NCBI GenBank assembly: GCA_963751345.1
Contig: CAVVUS010000021.1
Span: 1 to 64,000, forward strand
DNA: 64,000 nt
Source of the DNA: an uncultured Chloroflexia bacterium
GTDB taxonomy: Bacteria > Chloroflexota > Anaerolineae > B4-G1 > SLSP01
Direction: 5' to 3'
Numbering within the stretch: the first letter of the stretch is position 1; every line of letters starts with the position of its first letter. Below are positions 9,997-20,721 of this stretch, piece by piece. The notes beneath the pieces were generated by a model. It was not told where the DNA came from, made no database searches, and saw only the letters and a program-made list of their open reading frames with translations. A program made the position numbers and the translations under genes.

Positions 9997-12735
9997 ATGC
10001 CCGTGCCGATCCTGCCGACCAAGCTGTACATACCGCCGCAGCGGTCCGATCTGGTGCCGCGCCCGCGCCTCCTTGACCGGCTGGACGACGGGACTGCAGC
10101 AGGGACGCCGCGCTCTCGCTGATCTCGGCCCCTGCAGGGTTCGGCAAAACCACGTTGGTTACCACCTGGCTCTACAGTGCGAATCGCCCCATCGCCTCGC
10201 GTGCCGCGGCGTGGGTGACCCTCGACGAAGGCGACAACGACCCGGCGCGGCTGATCGCTCACGTGATTGCCGCACTGCAACAAGTCGACGGCACCATGGG
10301 CCGCACATCTCCGGGACCAGGTCTGCTCGGAACGCTCCAGGGGCCCTCCCCTGGAAGCGCTGATGACCGGTCTGATCCGTGACCTCGTCAGCGTCGACAC
10401 GGCCTTCGTGCTGGTATTGGATGACTATCACCTGATTCAGGCGCCGGAGATCCATCGTGCGATCGATTTCCTGGTGGCCCACCAACCACCGACGATGCAC
10501 CTGGTCGTGACGAGTCGTGATGAGCCGCCCTTCGCCCTGCCCCGTCTTCGGGTGCGAGGTCAGGTCACCGAGATCACGGCGCAGGATCTGCGTTTCACCA
10601 AGGAGGAGGTCACGCAGTTCCTGCGGCAGACACAGGCCCTATCGCTCTCAGACGACGAGATCGCGGCGATCACCGCCCGCACCGAGGGATGGATCGCGGG
10701 GCTGAGACTCCTGACGCTGACGATGCAGGACGATCAGGAGGGCCGGACATGGCGCGATGACGGCGGCGGACCGCCCCCTGCGCCTGAGGATCCGGCCGGA
10801 GGTAGTCGCTACGTGGCCGAGTACCTGGTTGCGGAAGTGTTAGCCCGACAGCCGGAGGCTATTCAGGCGTTCCTGAAGGCCACGTCGGTCCTTGACCATC
10901 TCACCGCGTCGCTCTGCGACGCCGTGACGGGGCGGACCGACAGTGACGAGCTTCTCAGAAACGCTGGACGAGGCCAACCTCTTTATCATCGCATTGGATG
11001 ACCGGAAACAATGGTATCGCTATCATCGCCTGTTTGGCGAAGTCCTGCACGGCATGCTGAGTACGCAGGAAGACATCGACCTACACGGGAGAGCTATGCG
11101 CTGGTATGAGGACGAGGGCATGCCGGATCGCGCCGTGCTCCACGCCCTGGCGGCAGCGGCCCGCACCGGCGTGACCGCGGATGCCGAGCGTCTGATCCTA
11201 TCGGCGGCCGAGGAGACGACAACCCGCGGCGAGGTGCTCACGGTACGGCGTTGGCTGGACGCGCTGCCCGAGGCGCGGGTGCGGGCCAACGGGGAGCTCT
11301 GTGTCTACAGAGGCTGGATCCTGGCCATGACGGGGGATCTGCCCGAGGCCGGCGACTATGCCCAGGCGGCTGAGCTGCTCTTCCAGGCGTCCGGCGCCGG
11401 TACCCCCAGTGCTTCCCCCCATCTCCGACACAGCTTGGGCAAGCTGCGCGCGCTGAGAAGCTTCATCGTTCTACTCAACGACCAGGCCTATGATCTGGCG
11501 ACCCGTTACGCTGAAGACGCTCTGGACCTGCTACCCCAGGACGCTACACAGTGGGCTGTGCTGGCCCTCTGGGCCAAGGCTGAGGCATTGGAGCGACTGA
11601 ACCGCGCGAGCAGAGGCAATCGAAACGCTGAGGGAGGCGCAGCGGGTCAGCAGGAAGATGCACGAGGGGCTCTTCGGCATCGTGGCGGAGGGCGGCCTCG
11701 TGAAGTTGCTCAACGACCGAGGTCGACGCCTGGATGCCGTGGCGATATGCATGGATGCGCTGCATCACTACGCAGATGCCGGGGGCGCCCCGCTGCCCCT
11801 TGCCGGGTTCATCTACAGCCAGTTGGGCGTCCTCAGCTACGAAGCCAACGAGTTGGTGGATGCACAGTGCTCACCACGATCAGGCATTGGCACTGGGGGA
11901 GCGTCTCGGGCTGGACTACCAGATGATCTACGCACGCGCCCTTGCTGCTCCGACTTGGTATGCCCTTGGCGAGACCGATAGAGCCCTGTCCGCACTCAGG
12001 GATGGCTACCGGCACGCCAGTGAGAAGGGCTACGCTGATGCAGACTGGTTCCTAGCCTGGGAAGCCAATATCCATCTCTGGCGAGGCGACTACGTTTTTG
12101 CACGAAGCTGGGCCGATCGTGCTCATCTATCACCGCAGGACAGCCCTCGTCTGCTGCGTATCGAGCAACACATCACTTATGGTCGCGTGCTGATTTCCCA
12201 GCGCCGGCTCGACGATGCGCGCCATTGGCTCACCCGCCTGGGAGATTTCGCACGCGAACACGATCTCGACCGCTGGCAGATCTCGGCCAGGCTGCTTCAG
12301 GCGATCGTAGCGGACCGCCTGGGAGATAGGCAGTCTGCGCTGGATCTCATCGCGGGCGCGATCGGATTGGCAGCCCCACAAGGATACGTACGTGCCTTTC
12401 TCCAGGAAGGACCACGGGTGCTGACACTCCTTCCGGAACTCCGGGACGTGGACCCCGGATTTGTGGACAAGATCCTCCTTGATGCCGGATCCTTGGCCGA
12501 GGATCAGGGCGATCCATTGACCCTCGCCCCCCTGCACCTCATCGAACCGCTAACCGGCAGGGAGATGGAGGTTCTGCACTTGATTGCCGCCGGCTACTCG
12601 AATCGAGACATCGCCGAACGCCTTGTCATCGCCGTAGGTACGGTCAAGCGCCATATCAACAACATCTACAGCAAGCTGCAGGTTGGCCGCCGGACCGAGG
12701 CAGTCGCAAGAGCGCGAGAGATGGGCATAGTATAA
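9997..12735 (+). CDS. MalT-like (LAL) ATP-dependent LuxR-family transcriptional regulator, several frameshifts
   Basis: N-terminal 'ILPTKLYIPP..DLVPRPRLL', Walker A APAGFGKT, 'LVLDDYH', 'TEGWIAGL', 'WYRYHRLF', C-terminal LuxR HTH 'EPLTGREMEVL..GYSNRDIA..TVKRHINNIYSKL'; spread over at least 5 frame segments. Confidence 0.9.
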
Positions 12736-12806
12736 GGAGTTGAACGTGACATCGTTGAGCCGCACGGAAACAACCACGTCTCGGTCAGGACGATCACCTG
12801 GCGCGG

Positions 12807-14171
12807 ATGGCGTCCACCCTCTGCATCACGTCGGCTGCCCTTATGGGGTGGCTATACGTCAAGCCGAAGACGCGGGGACTCACAACCTACCTGATTGGCT
12901 ACGGGTTGAAAATCGTGGCGGGGGCCCTGTCGCCCATCCTCTCCATAGCGGGCTTTGCCGGCGCGGTGTTAGCCCGGCGCACGCAACGTCCATTTGCTGC
13001 CGTCCTTGGTGCGGTTGGTTCTTTCCTGGGAGCCCGGTTCATCCAGCGCGTAGTCACGCCGGTCGACGACTTCGATCGCGCTTTCGGCTTCGGGTCCCCT
13101 CGGTCCCCACTTCCTCCAGCTCAGGAGGCCGAAGGGGTATGCTCCTTTCCTCTCGGGGCAGAGGCTGCCGAGGGAGGCTCGCTCCCCCTACAGGGGCATG
13201 GCCCGGCGAAGGTCGCGAGTAGGGCAGGAGATGAGCACCGCCTTTCCAGGCGCTGGCATTGGGGCCAGGTCACGATGGCGGCCTCTCCCCGGATGATCAG
13301 GAACCTGGCTTTCGCCACGGTGCCGGGGACCGACCGGGCGCTCCTATGTGACCTCTGGCAGCCTGGACACGGCACGAAGCGGTCGGGAGTTGGCGTGATC
13401 TACCTCCACGGCGGCTCCTGGCAGGCTTTCGACAAGGATGTCGCCACACGCCCCTTCTTCCGCCACCTGACGGCGCAGGGTCACGTTGTGATGGATGTCG
13501 CGTACCGGATGGTTCGCGAGACGGATATGCGGGGCATGCTCGGCGATGCCAAACGCGCCATCGCATGGCTCAAGGCCAACGGCGTCGCTTTCGACGTCGA
13601 TCCTACGAAGATCGTGATCGCAGGAGGATCAGCGGGGGGACACCTGGCCCTCCTGGCGGGGTACACGCCTAATCATCCCAACTTCGACCCGGAGGATACC
13701 CGAAGGGCGGACACCTCGGTCAGCGGCGTCGTCGCGTACTATCCGGTCGCCGACCTCCGTACATTGGCCAAGCTTTGGTCCGAGCAGTCGATGCATCCGC
13801 TGGCAACAGCCGTTGGGCGGATTCTCGGCTTCTTTCCTCCGGAAGGCTACTTGCCCTGGTCAAAGCTGGCCCCGCGGCTCTTCGGCGAGCCATTAGCTGA
13901 CATTGGAGATGACCTGCTGGCCTATTCACCGGTGGCTCACGTGGGGCCCCACTGCCCTCCCACCTTGCTCATTCAGGGCCTTCACGACCACATCGTCCCG
14001 GTTCAAGACGTGATCTGCTTGCACAGGGCACTGGTCGACGCGGGGTGCCGGGCAGCTATCGTCGAGCTGCCCATGGTCGAACATGCCTTCGATATGATTG
14101 CCCTGCAGATCTCGCCGCCGGCACAATCGGCGCTCTATGACGTGGACCGGTTCCTCGCGCTGATGGCGTGA
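12807..14171 (+). CDS. Membrane-anchored alpha/beta hydrolase (HSL-like esterase/lipase)
   Basis: N-terminal hydrophobic helices, HGGSW oxyanion motif, GGSAGG nucleophile, 'GLHDHIV' and 'EHAFD'; start uncertain. Confidence 0.85.
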   Translation: MASTLCITSAALMGWLYVKPKTRGLTTYLIGYGLKIVAGALSPILSIAGFAGAVLARRTQRPFAAVLGAVGSFLGARFIQRVVTPVDDFDRAFGFGSPRSPLPPAQEAEGVCSFPLGAEAAEGGSLPLQGHGPAKVASRAGDEHRLSRRWHWGQVTMAASPRMIRNLAFATVPGTDRALLCDLWQPGHGTKRSGVGVIYLHGGSWQAFDKDVATRPFFRHLTAQGHVVMDVAYRMVRETDMRGMLGDAKRAIAWLKANGVAFDVDPTKIVIAGGSAGGHLALLAGYTPNHPNFDPEDTRRADTSVSGVVAYYPVADLRTLAKLWSEQSMHPLATAVGRILGFFPPEGYLPWSKLAPRLFGEPLADIGDDLLAYSPVAHVGPHCPPTLLIQGLHDHIVPVQDVICLHRALVDAGCRAAIVELPMVEHAFDMIALQISPPAQSALYDVDRFLALMA

Positions 14172-14253
14172 GAGACGGGAGAACATATAATGAGGCTGCA
14201 AAGGTGCTTGATCACCATCCGTGAGTAGCATCTCCACGAGAGGAGACAGTGGC

Positions 14254-15396
14254 ATGGCATCGACGAAACCGCCCCTGCGCGTCGCCATCGTCGGCACCGC
14301 GCGACGCTCCAGCTATATGTACGGTCCGATTCTCAAAGCCTTGCCCCGAGATGTCGAGTTGGTCTCGGTCTGGGGGCGTAGCGAATCCTCGGCACAACGT
14401 CTGGGCGACGACTTGGACGTGCCTTGGTTCACGAGTCTTGACCAGTTGGTCGAGGAAACTGAGCCGGAGATCGGTATCGTCTCCGTCGCCTATGGTGCCA
14501 ACGGCATTGTCGGGCAGATGGCGGTATCTCGAGGGCTTCACGTGCTCCTGGAGACCCCCATCGCCCACGACCTTGAGGAGGCGGACGATATCATCCGGAT
14601 CGCCGAGGAGAAGGGGCTGAAGGTGGAGGTGGCAGAGCAGTTTCACCGGCGTCCGCTGGAACAGCTAAAGCTCAAGCTCATCGATTCGGGCCTCTTCGGG
14701 AAAGTCTATGTCTCCTTCAACGATTACGCGGGCCACGGCTACCATGGCATCAGTGTGATGCGAAGCTACCTCGGGTTTGATGCCAGGCCCCTGCGAGTGA
14801 CCGGCTCGGTGCACAGTTACGATCTCCTTCCACACTGGTCCATGAACGCCAAAGTCTTCGGTCCGCGCCGCGAGACACAGGAACACGGCATCGTCGAGTT
14901 TGCAGGCGACCGGCTCGGCGTCTTCCATTGGACCGACGTCGGCTACGATTCGGGCCTACGCTGGTGGCGCAGCAGCCGCTTCATGGCAGAGAAGGGGATG
15001 GGCGTCACCGTCGGGACCGGTCTCGACGTGGAGGAACGGCTCTCGCTGCTGGCACCGGGTGGTGAGGCTCCGCAGTTCATCACCGTGGAGCGCCGCTGGG
15101 AGCGGTGTGATGGCGGCGCGCTCGTGGCGATGGTCGCCCATACCGGGGACCCGGCGCAACCGATTGTGTCGTGGGAGAATCCCTTCCGTCCGGAGACCCA
15201 GGGACACGGCCCACAGTGGCACGACGACGAAATCGGCGTCGCCGGATGCCTGATGAGCCTCGTCAACGCGGTCCGCGACGATGCGGAACCCACCTACGGC
15301 CCCTACCAGGCCAGACTCGACCAGGAACTGATCCTCGCCATCCGCCGCTCGGCAGCGTCCGGCGGGCGGCCCGTGGAGCTAGAAAGCAACGGGTAA
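14254..15396 (+). CDS. Gfo/Idh/MocA family oxidoreductase
   Basis: LRVAIVG Rossmann start, 'HVLLETPIA' (EKP-motif variant), GYHG; ATG after AGGAG. Confidence 0.85.
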   Translation: MASTKPPLRVAIVGTARRSSYMYGPILKALPRDVELVSVWGRSESSAQRLGDDLDVPWFTSLDQLVEETEPEIGIVSVAYGANGIVGQMAVSRGLHVLLETPIAHDLEEADDIIRIAEEKGLKVEVAEQFHRRPLEQLKLKLIDSGLFGKVYVSFNDYAGHGYHGISVMRSYLGFDARPLRVTGSVHSYDLLPHWSMNAKVFGPRRETQEHGIVEFAGDRLGVFHWTDVGYDSGLRWWRSSRFMAEKGMGVTVGTGLDVEERLSLLAPGGEAPQFITVERRWERCDGGALVAMVAHTGDPAQPIVSWENPFRPETQGHGPQWHDDEIGVAGCLMSLVNAVRDDAEPTYGPYQARLDQELILAIRRSAASGGRPVELESNG

Positions 15397-15407
15397 TCCC
15401 GGCGATT

Positions 15408-15435
15408 TTGAGTTACCATCCACGTCATCTATAAT
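15408..15435 (+). promoter_or_regulatory. Putative promoter TTGAGT-N16-TATAAT
   Basis: Consensus -10 hexamer 32 nt upstream of the AKR start, which has SD AAGGAGG. Confidence 0.65.
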
Positions 15436-15467
15436 CACCGGCGACACTATCAAGGAGGGCTTTATCT

Positions 15468-16466
15468 ATGGAGTATCGGAAGCTAGGACGGAGTAACCTG
15501 GAAGTAAGCACGCTTTGCATGGGCTGCTGGGCCATTGCAGGCGATCGAGTCTGGGGCCACCAGGACAAGCAAGCGGCGATAGCGGCCCTGCACACGGCAG
15601 TCGACGTCGGCGTCAACTTCTTCGATAGCGCAGAGGCCTATGGCGCTGGTCGGTCGGAGGAATTGCTGGGCGAGGCATTCCAGGGAATGCGCGAGGACGT
15701 CATCATCGCGACCAAGGCCTCGCAGGATCACGCGCGCCCCGCCGATCTACGACAGGCGTGCGAGGATAGTCTGCGCCGTCTGCAGACGGACTATATTGAC
15801 CTCTACTATCTGCACTGGCCAAACTGGGATGTACCCTTCGAGGACACCCTGGGCGAGATGGCCCGTCTGAAGGAGGAGGGAAAGGTACGCTTCGCCGGCT
15901 GCTCGAACTTCGGGAAACAGGACCTCGAGGCAATCCTCAAGATCGACCACATCGAGGTCAACCAATTAGCCTACAATCTGCTCTTCCGCGCCATCGAATA
16001 TGAGATCGTGCCGACCTGTCTGGCGCACGACGTCAGTGTAGCACCCTATAGCCCGCTGTTGCACGGCATCCTCACCGGCAAGTTCGCTACGGTGGATGAC
16101 ATTCCCGACGAACGCGCCCGGACGCGCCACTTCTCGTCCGAGCGCCGCCCGATGACCCGGCACGGCGGCCCAGGCGCGGAGGACCTGACGGCGACTGCAC
16201 TTAAGCGTATCCGTGAGATCTGCGATGGCGCCGGGCTGCCGATGACCAACGTGGCCCTGGCGTGGCTGCTGGCGCAGCCTGCGGTGACCACGGTCGTCGC
16301 CGGCGCACGCAGTCCCCAACAGATCACGTCGAACATCGAGGCTGTCGAGTTGGAGCTCTCCGACGACATCGTCCTCGCGCTAACCGAGGCCACAGACCCC
16401 TTGAAGGCCGAGTTTGGGACCAACGCCGACATGTGGGAGAATGAACAGAACGTGCGCGTCCGTTAG
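15468..16466 (+). CDS. Aldo/keto reductase
   Basis: MEYRKLGRSNLEVS, FFDSAEAYG, IATK, SLRRLQTDYIDLYYLHWP, GCSN, YSPL. Confidence 0.95.
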   Translation: MEYRKLGRSNLEVSTLCMGCWAIAGDRVWGHQDKQAAIAALHTAVDVGVNFFDSAEAYGAGRSEELLGEAFQGMREDVIIATKASQDHARPADLRQACEDSLRRLQTDYIDLYYLHWPNWDVPFEDTLGEMARLKEEGKVRFAGCSNFGKQDLEAILKIDHIEVNQLAYNLLFRAIEYEIVPTCLAHDVSVAPYSPLLHGILTGKFATVDDIPDERARTRHFSSERRPMTRHGGPGAEDLTATALKRIREICDGAGLPMTNVALAWLLAQPAVTTVVAGARSPQQITSNIEAVELELSDDIVLALTEATDPLKAEFGTNADMWENEQNVRVR

Positions 16467-16547
16467 CGATGCGAAGGTGAAGAAGACCGGCGCACGATAG
16501 CTCGTAACGCACGCCGGCTGCACTCCAAGATAGGAGAGGTCCTGCCC

Positions 16548-17631
16548 ATGACGCATAAGAACTTGGCGCACCCGCAGACGATGCGCGCCCTCGGCCTGTT
16601 TGGCCTACACGATCTGCGGATGATCAATCTGGATCACCCGGGCCAGCCCGGGGCCCGGCGAGGTGCTATTGAAGGTGGCAACCGTCGGTATCTGCGGGTC
16701 CGACCATCACTACTATAACGAAGGTGGGATCGGAGACGCCATCGTCGACCAAGGCATGGTCATGGGCCACGAGTTCGCCGCCTGGGTAGCCGAGACGGGC
16801 AAAGGCGTGGAGGGATTGGAGATCGATCAGCTCGTAGCTGTCGACCCTGCCATCCCGTGCGGCACCTGCGAGTCCTGCCTTCACGGTCACCCCAACCTCT
16901 GCCCCAACGTCCTCTTCTGCGGGTCTCCCAACCACGTTGGGGCCATGGCAGACTATATCCGCATGCCGGCGGAGAACTGCTTTCCGCTGCCGGCAGGGAC
17001 GACGCCCGCCGAGGGCGCGATGCTCGAGCCGCTGGGTGTTGCCATCCATGCGGTGGATCTCGGCCACCTGAAGGTGGGCGACACCGTCGCCGTCCTTGGG
17101 GCCGGGCCGATCGGCCTGCTGACAGCGGCTGTGGCGCGCGCAGCAGGTGCGGGTGCGATCTATATGACCGAACCGCTGGCATCTCGCCGCGCCTTCGCAC
17201 AGCGCCACACGGCTGACCTAGCCCTCGATCCGTCCACAGAGGACGTAGTCGGCGCCATCCTCAATGCCACCGGGGGGCGGGGGGTCGATGTCGCCTTTGA
17301 GGCAGCCGGTGCCGCCGAAACGCCCGATCAAGCCGCGCGGGTGACACGCCCGGGCGGAAAGGTCGTCCTGGTGGGCATTCCGGACGACGACACCACGACC
17401 ATGACGGCGTCAGTGATCCGCCGCAAGGGCTTGACGATCAAGGTCGTGCGCCGGATGAAACACACCTATCCGCGTGCCATTGCACTCGTGCACTCGGGCA
17501 TCGTCGATGTCGCCCAAATCGCGACGCATGTCTTCCCCGCAGAGAAGGCGAAAGATGCCTTCGAGTTGGTCGACAACTATGGAGATGGCGTGTTGCGCGC
17601 GCTGATTCAGATGAGCGAGGAAGCGGAATAA
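16548..17631 (+). CDS. Zn-dependent polyol (sorbitol/xylitol-type) dehydrogenase, frameshift near 16650
   Basis: GICGSD, GHE, CGTCESC..G.PNLC, EPLGVA, GAGPIG; ATG 16548 after AGGAG, frame restored by removing one G in CCCGGGGCCC. Confidence 0.9.
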
Positions 17632-17652
17632 AGGACTAGGGAGGAGGAACAG

Positions 17653-18474
17653 ATGACAAAGCTGCGCTTAGGCGTGATGGCACCGCTGGAAGTGGGACCG
17701 GAAGCGACGATTAGGGAAGTTCGAGACTTCGAGCTACCCACGTGTCAGGTGAGCTGTTGGCAACCGGATCTACTCAATGCCGAGATGGCTGACCGTCTGG
17801 CTGCTGCATCCGACAACGACGGCGTGGACATCACCACGATCTGGGTCGGGATGGCAGGGCCCCACGTCTGGGACTTCGTCCAGGGTCCCCTTCTGATCGG
17901 GCTCGTGCCCCTGAAGACCCAGCAGGAGCGGATTGCTACGCTCAAACGTGGGGCGGACTTCGCGGTCCGCGCTGGGGTGCCAAGCATCACCACCCACGCG
18001 GGTTTCATCCCTGAGAATCTGACCAACCCACTCTACCCCAAACTCCTCGACGCGCTTCGCGAAGTCGTCGAGTACTGCGGCGAGCACGGCATCGACTTCT
18101 GGATGGAGACAGGCCAGGAGACACCCGTGGTCATGCTGCGCGTGTTCGAGGATCTGGGATACGACAACATGGGCACCAATCTTGATCCCGCCAACTTGCT
18201 GATGTACGGCAAAGCGAATGCTCTGGACGCCCTGGATATCCTAGGGGCTTACGTCCGCGGCGTCCACGCTAAGGATGGCGAGTATCCCACCGGTGGTCGC
18301 GAGCTTGGCGTCGAAAAGCCCCTGGGTGAGGGACGCGTCAACTTCCCTGCGTTTATCGGCAAGCTGAAGGAGCTGGGCTATGCCGGCGCGCTGACGATCG
18401 AGCGGGAGATCACCGGACCGCAGCAGATCAAGGACATTCGTCAGGCCATCAAGTTCCTCTCCGACCTGGTCTAG
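17653..18474 (+). CDS. Sugar phosphate isomerase/epimerase (xylose isomerase-like TIM barrel)
   Basis: THAGFIP, METGQE, NLDPAN, VHAKD, TIERE metal-binding motifs. Confidence 0.88.
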   Translation: MTKLRLGVMAPLEVGPEATIREVRDFELPTCQVSCWQPDLLNAEMADRLAAASDNDGVDITTIWVGMAGPHVWDFVQGPLLIGLVPLKTQQERIATLKRGADFAVRAGVPSITTHAGFIPENLTNPLYPKLLDALREVVEYCGEHGIDFWMETGQETPVVMLRVFEDLGYDNMGTNLDPANLLMYGKANALDALDILGAYVRGVHAKDGEYPTGGRELGVEKPLGEGRVNFPAFIGKLKELGYAGALTIEREITGPQQIKDIRQAIKFLSDLV

Positions 18475-18485
18475 GGGAGACGGCG

Positions 18486-19256
18486 ATGATCCTGGATAAG
18501 TTCTCGCTGGCAGGTCAGGTCGGAATTGTGACAGGCGGGGGACAGGGGCTCGGCAAGACCTTCTGTCACGCCTTTGCCGAGGCAGGAGCGGACATCGTTA
18601 TCGCGGAGATCAACGACGAAACCGGACCGGTGGTAGCGGAGGAGATCAAGGCAAAGGGGCGGCAGTCGCTCTTCGTCCGGACGGACGTAAGCGACCAGAC
18701 CAGCGTCGACCGGATGGTAGAGCAGACGTTGGCCACCTTCGGGAAGATCGACTTCCTGATGAACAACGCCGGCATCGTCCAACACTTGGAGGCCGAGGAG
18801 GTGGAGGCGGAGGATTGGCGCCGAGTCCTGGATGTGAATCTGACGGGGGTGTTCTTCTGTTGCCAGGCCGTGGGGCGGCAGATGATCGAACAACAGCGAG
18901 GTAGTATCATCAACATCGCCTCGATGTCAGGGCTCATCGTCAACTTCCCGCAGTGTCAGGCGTCCTACAATGCCTCCAAGGCAGCCGTCATCCAACTGAC
19001 CAAGTCGTTAGCATCCGAGTGGGCGCCCCATCACCTTCGGGTCAATGCAATCGCCCCGGGCTACATGAACACCGCGATGGCACGTCCGTTCTTCGACGAT
19101 CCCGCTTACGGCGGGGTGTGGATCAATGCAATCCCGATGAAGCGCCCCGGTGAGCCCGAGGAGCTGGGCCCTGCGGCGGTCTTCCTGGCATCGGCGGCAT
19201 CCAGCTACATGACAGGCACCACGATCGTCGTCGACGGCGGCTACACGATCTGGTGA
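18486..19256 (+). CDS. SDR-family polyol/ketose oxidoreductase (sorbose reductase/arabinitol dehydrogenase-like)
   Basis: TGGGQGLG, NNAG, IINIASMSG..VN.PQ.Q..YNASK, VNAIAPG, DGGY. Confidence 0.9.
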   Translation: MILDKFSLAGQVGIVTGGGQGLGKTFCHAFAEAGADIVIAEINDETGPVVAEEIKAKGRQSLFVRTDVSDQTSVDRMVEQTLATFGKIDFLMNNAGIVQHLEAEEVEAEDWRRVLDVNLTGVFFCCQAVGRQMIEQQRGSIINIASMSGLIVNFPQCQASYNASKAAVIQLTKSLASEWAPHHLRVNAIAPGYMNTAMARPFFDDPAYGGVWINAIPMKRPGEPEELGPAAVFLASAASSYMTGTTIVVDGGYTIW

Positions 19257-19281
19257 CAAGAGAGGACCATCTGAGAACAGC

Positions 19282-20607
19282 GTGAGTATTCTGCAAAACG
19301 TTCGCTGGTGGGTCGTCGGCCGGTTCGCCCCCTTCTTTCGAGGCCCCGATCCCCAGCACGTCCGGCAGAGGAACATCTGGCACCTCTACCAGGACTTGGT
19401 GTGGTTAGGTCTCGCCTCAGCGGCAAGCACCTACATCAGCGTATTCGCTATCCGTCTCGGGGCGTCAACGCAGCTTATTGGGCTAAGCGCGTCTATCCCT
19501 GCCCTGTTGGTCGTGCTGCTCCGGATCCCGGCAGCCCAGATGATCGAGCGCTCTCCGAACCGACAGTCGCTGATCGTCAAGGGGTTGCTGGTGGGCCGCT
19601 TCGTTTACTTGCTCATCTTCCTGCTCCCGTGGCTTGCGCACCTGCCACTTCTGCGGCGGATCCCCGAGGCACCGCTCTTGGTGTGGTTGGTGATCTTGAT
19701 GGGCATCCCGGGCGTGCTCTCCGCAGCCGGCTGGGACACCTTCTTCGCCAACGTCGTGCCGGATCGGCAACGGGCCCGGGTCGTCAGCACGCGCAATGCC
19801 CTGTCCAGCCTGATCACACTGTCGATTGTGCCGCTGATGGGCATCTTCCTCGACTGGGCCGCCTTCCCGTTCGGCTATCAGATGATCTTCCTGGTGGCGT
19901 TCCTCGGTGCGATGGTCAGCACCTGGCACGTGAACCACATCAAGCCCACTCAGGCCTCGGAGCCGTTGGACAGAGAGCGGACCTTCAGGCTCCGGGAAGT
20001 GCCCGCCATCGTCAAGGGATCGCGGGAATTCGCCCTGATCCTGGCTGGAACCTTCGTCTACCAATGGGCGATCTCCATCGCCTCGCCGCTCTTCAACATC
20101 TACTTCATCGACGATCTCGGCGCATCGGATAGCTGGATCGGGTGGCGCACGACGCTGGCCAGTATGGCCTCGATCGTGGCCTACCGCTTCTGGCCCAGGC
20201 AAATCGAGAGCCAAGGCGAGTCGAAGATCATCGGTTTCGCCACACCGATGATGGCACTCTTTCCCCTCCTCACGGGGCTCAGTCGCTCGCTCACTGCGAA
20301 TCTGCTGATCGTGCTGATCCCCCAGCTCTTCGGTGCCGGCGTGATGCTGGCGCGATACAACATACTGCTTCGGGTCTCTCCGGCTGAACGCCGGCCCACC
20401 TACATCGCGGTCTATGCGATTCTGGTCAACATCGCGGCCTTCCTGGCCCCCCTCGCGGGCGTGGGCCTGGCGAATTGGATCGGTATCCCTGGTGTGTTCT
20501 TCGTCTCAGCAGCGCTGAGGCTCACCGCCGGCCTGATCTACGGCCGATTACCCGAGGTGCCGTCGGCAGGCAAGGAGGTGCTCGTGGGTGACAGATCTCC
20601 CCCCTGA
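19282..20607 (+). CDS. MFS transporter
   Basis: About 12 hydrophobic helices in a 6+6 pattern; 'VPDRQRAR' and 'PAERRPTY' loops. Confidence 0.85.
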   Translation: MSILQNVRWWVVGRFAPFFRGPDPQHVRQRNIWHLYQDLVWLGLASAASTYISVFAIRLGASTQLIGLSASIPALLVVLLRIPAAQMIERSPNRQSLIVKGLLVGRFVYLLIFLLPWLAHLPLLRRIPEAPLLVWLVILMGIPGVLSAAGWDTFFANVVPDRQRARVVSTRNALSSLITLSIVPLMGIFLDWAAFPFGYQMIFLVAFLGAMVSTWHVNHIKPTQASEPLDRERTFRLREVPAIVKGSREFALILAGTFVYQWAISIASPLFNIYFIDDLGASDSWIGWRTTLASMASIVAYRFWPRQIESQGESKIIGFATPMMALFPLLTGLSRSLTANLLIVLIPQLFGAGVMLARYNILLRVSPAERRPTYIAVYAILVNIAAFLAPLAGVGLANWIGIPGVFFVSAALRLTAGLIYGRLPEVPSAGKEVLVGDRSPP

Positions 20608-20624
20608 CGCGTGAGCTCTCGTGG

Positions 20625-20652
20625 TTGTCTCAGAGCGTGCTCCTGATATACT
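20625..20652 (+). promoter_or_regulatory. Putative promoter TTGTCT-N16-TATACT (extended -10)
   Basis: TG.TATACT about 70 nt upstream of the FtsX-like gene. Confidence 0.55.
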
Positions 20653-20721
20653 TCATACAAAGCTGGCGTTTCGACCATCCATTCCATTCCCGCACAGAAC
20701 TGTGCTACAGGTAAACTGATT

